Shown here piece after piece: positions 61,667 through 64,000 of a stretch of DNA of 64,000 nt (the stretch's first letter is position 1; the number at the start of each line of letters is the position of its first letter). The position numbers were made by a program, and so were the translations under genes. This DNA is from Macrostomum lignano (taxonomy: Eukaryota): positions 682,001 to 746,000 of the forward strand of contig NIVC01000230.1 in NCBI GenBank assembly GCA_002269645.1. The letters are read 5' to 3'. The notes under the pieces are model-generated. The model saw only the letters and a program-made list of their open reading frames with translations. It was not told where the DNA came from and did no database searches.

Positions 61667-62859
61667 ATGGAGGCGACATCCAACGGTGAGCAGCGGCCGG
61701 AGCCTCTGCTGCGGCAGCTCCGTCAGAAGGCTCTGATCTCGTTTGCCCAGCAGACCACAGCGCACGGCTTTGTGCGCCTGACGCAGGGCTCCAGCCTCCG
61801 CCGCCTCATCTGGGCACTGGCCATCTTAGGCGCCTGTGTAGGCTTCTCACTGCACCTGTCAGAGCTGGTGAAGAGGTACCTCAGCTACCCAGTGAGCACC
61901 GAGTTGTCTAATGATGGGGCAAAGTTTCAGTTCCCAAGCGTCACCATCTGTCCCATTAACAACTACGTGCTTTGGTGTCAACCTGTGCCTCCGCTCGATG
62001 CCAACGGTAAGGATCAATAACTAATCAGTAAAGCTACATGTAAATGCTTTCAGAAAGTTCACGAGGTTGAAATGAGTCTGACTGACTGGATTGATGACGT
62101 GCAATCGAAAGTATAGCTGATGATGTCACAGAAAACAAGAAAAAAACAGGTAAATTGTTGTATGCTCGTACTGGTTTAACGTTGTCCACAGCATTCATGT
62201 CTGTATATCTAATATGCACAATACTTTATTTAAAGTATCATAAACCACACCACCTGCTACTATATGCATGCAACACATACTCGTAGCATGTCGTAAACAC
62301 ATACCATAAGCTTATATTATATACATATATCTCAAAACTCAGCTTCATCAGATATGTGCTTATGGAACATGATCTATGACGGTCCTCGCGCATATCTACT
62401 GCTGGATAAAGAGAACTGGAATGTCTCAGTGCCTCCGCATCCCTACAAATACTATGACGATGGAAAACTTGCACTGAGAGCTCTGGCTTACCGCGGGATG
62501 CAGTTCATGCTGCCGCACGAGATGGTTCTCTACTGCCGGTACAACTCCGAGCCCTGCTCTTTCAAGAACTTCACCCTGTACAAGGACGAGGAAAGGTAGG
62601 ACGCCGCTTGTGTTCACAAAATCACAAAGGTAGGACAAAGATCAAGAAGACAAAAATCTAGCAACTGAAGCAAATCACCGACTTTATCGAAACTTCAGAT
62701 TCCAGTGTATTTCGTTTACTCCATTGAACCACTCAATTGTTCGAGCCGGGCCTGGCAACGGACTTTATCTGGTGCTCAATCAGATAACGGACTCGTTTTT
62801 AACCGACGAAGAGCAAATTGACTATGTGCCGGGATTTCAGGTGGCCCTGCATGAGAGAG
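61667..62859 (+). CDS. DEG/ENaC (ASIC/FaNaC-like) channel subunit, 5' part only
   Basis: FAQQTTAHG pre-M1 HG motif, TM1 LIWALAILGACVGFSL, YLSYPV, FPSVTICPIN. Later exons (~62350-62595, 62699-62859) give CRYNSEPC...R|FQCISF...AGPGNGLYLVL. The exon 2 boundary and the 3' part are unresolved. Confidence 0.82.
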
Positions 62860-64000
62860 GTGAGCCAATCATGTCCTCATGCTTTAGTCTGTCTACCCTA
62901 TTTTTCCTGCTTATATTCTCGTAAACAGAAGCGCAGCAGGTGTTGCTGTTAGCAACTTAGCATGTTTTCATTGGAGAGAAGCAAATTCAAAGCCCTGTAC
63001 GAAAAGGAAAGAACGAACATCAAAAACTTTTATATTCCAAAAATTCTGTGCCAATGCATTTCGACCACTGTCGACCATGTCTGGATCAATAGTCTGTTGT
63101 ATTTGTATCTGAAATAACTCACCATGTGGAGTTATACGAGTAATTTGTTCAACAAAAGTCAGGCTTAGAATGAGAAGGGGCAAAGAGAGACAGATCGAGA
63201 ATAGGATGTAGTACAGTAGCGTACAACTCAACCTAGAACACGTTGAGTTGGCGGCTGGCACCCCCCATAGCTAACTGACAGTTTAAATTAGGCTTCAGAG
63301 CTTTAATGTACATGGCCTCTAAAATGTTCAACTTGTACTCAAGACTGCTGGAATCAATAATCTTAAGCAAGTCGACAGGGTTGCTGTTGCAAGATGAATC
63401 ACACGTGAGCAGGTGGTTTTGCATGGATGGCTGATTTCTTCGTCTACTGCTCCTTGACCCTTGTGTACAGGTGTCGCTTCGCTTTCCCTATGTAAGAGAT
63501 GCTCTGTTTCTATGTTCTAGAGTAAAACTCGGTAGCTCACTCTAGAACAGCGGAGTATCATCTAGAACCTAGTGTGCTACGTAGCTCGTAAGCATGCATC
63601 TAATTATTTAGTAACGACAATTTATTGCATTTGAAATCTGAACACAGCTAGCAAATCAGTTAAGAAACAGCTGAAAAATTACAAACAATTAAAATAAGCT
63701 GACTAGCTATTGGCATGTGGAGTTAAAAAAGAGAGACAGTACAGCAAACTGTTATATTTGCTGAGTAAGAAACATCGTATGGATACAATTATTTTAATGC
63801 AAAGTGGTATTGCATGATACCATCTTTTGCTATTGGCAAAAGGACGTATGGATAGGCGCCTACACTATGTACGCAAAGATGTACCCATGAGTGGAGTATA
63901 CGCTTGACCCGGGTGGCAGGACACAAGTTTAGCATGACTGCAAACTCAGCAAATTTACATGTAAATTGACAACCCCCCTGCACATCAGAACCAATGGGTA

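Noticed and set aside
62968-63983. Short minus-strand ORFs near the window end (e.g. 63233..63424, KIIDS...LNILEAMYIK...KPNLNCQL)
   Set aside because: 63233..63424 weakly recalls the C-terminus of a GIY-YIG (Penelope-like) endonuclease, but it is too short and isolated to call.

Overview
Eukaryotic (animal) genomic DNA with spliceosomal GT-AG introns. The GC-rich, Ala-rich exons embedded in dense, locally unique minisatellites most resemble a free-living flatworm such as Macrostomum (inference, not proven). The first ~14 kb is a non-coding stack of non-autonomous DNA transposons: hAT-like, 4-bp-TSD (Sola-like) and Helitron-like elements, the last carrying satellite arrays. Seven + strand host genes follow: PSMD10/gankyrin, PHF10-like double-PHD, TOMM22, exportin-4 (8 exons, 25416-46813), a single-exon neuropeptide-like precursor, TP53I3-like quinone oxidoreductase and the 5' part of a DEG/ENaC channel. 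Exportin-4 intron 2 holds a young, full-length antisense Ty3/Gypsy LTR retrotransposon (28242-38200). It has a CAAT TSD, a tRNA-Lys(UUU) PBS, a PPT and a -1 gag-pol frameshift signal. The main finding is its third ORF: in the position normally taken by env it encodes an intact HPD-type J-domain (DnaJ/Hsp40) protein with a SIM-like acidic segment and an NLS-like basic patch. Almost all long ORFs in the supplied track that overlap tandem repeats are artefacts.
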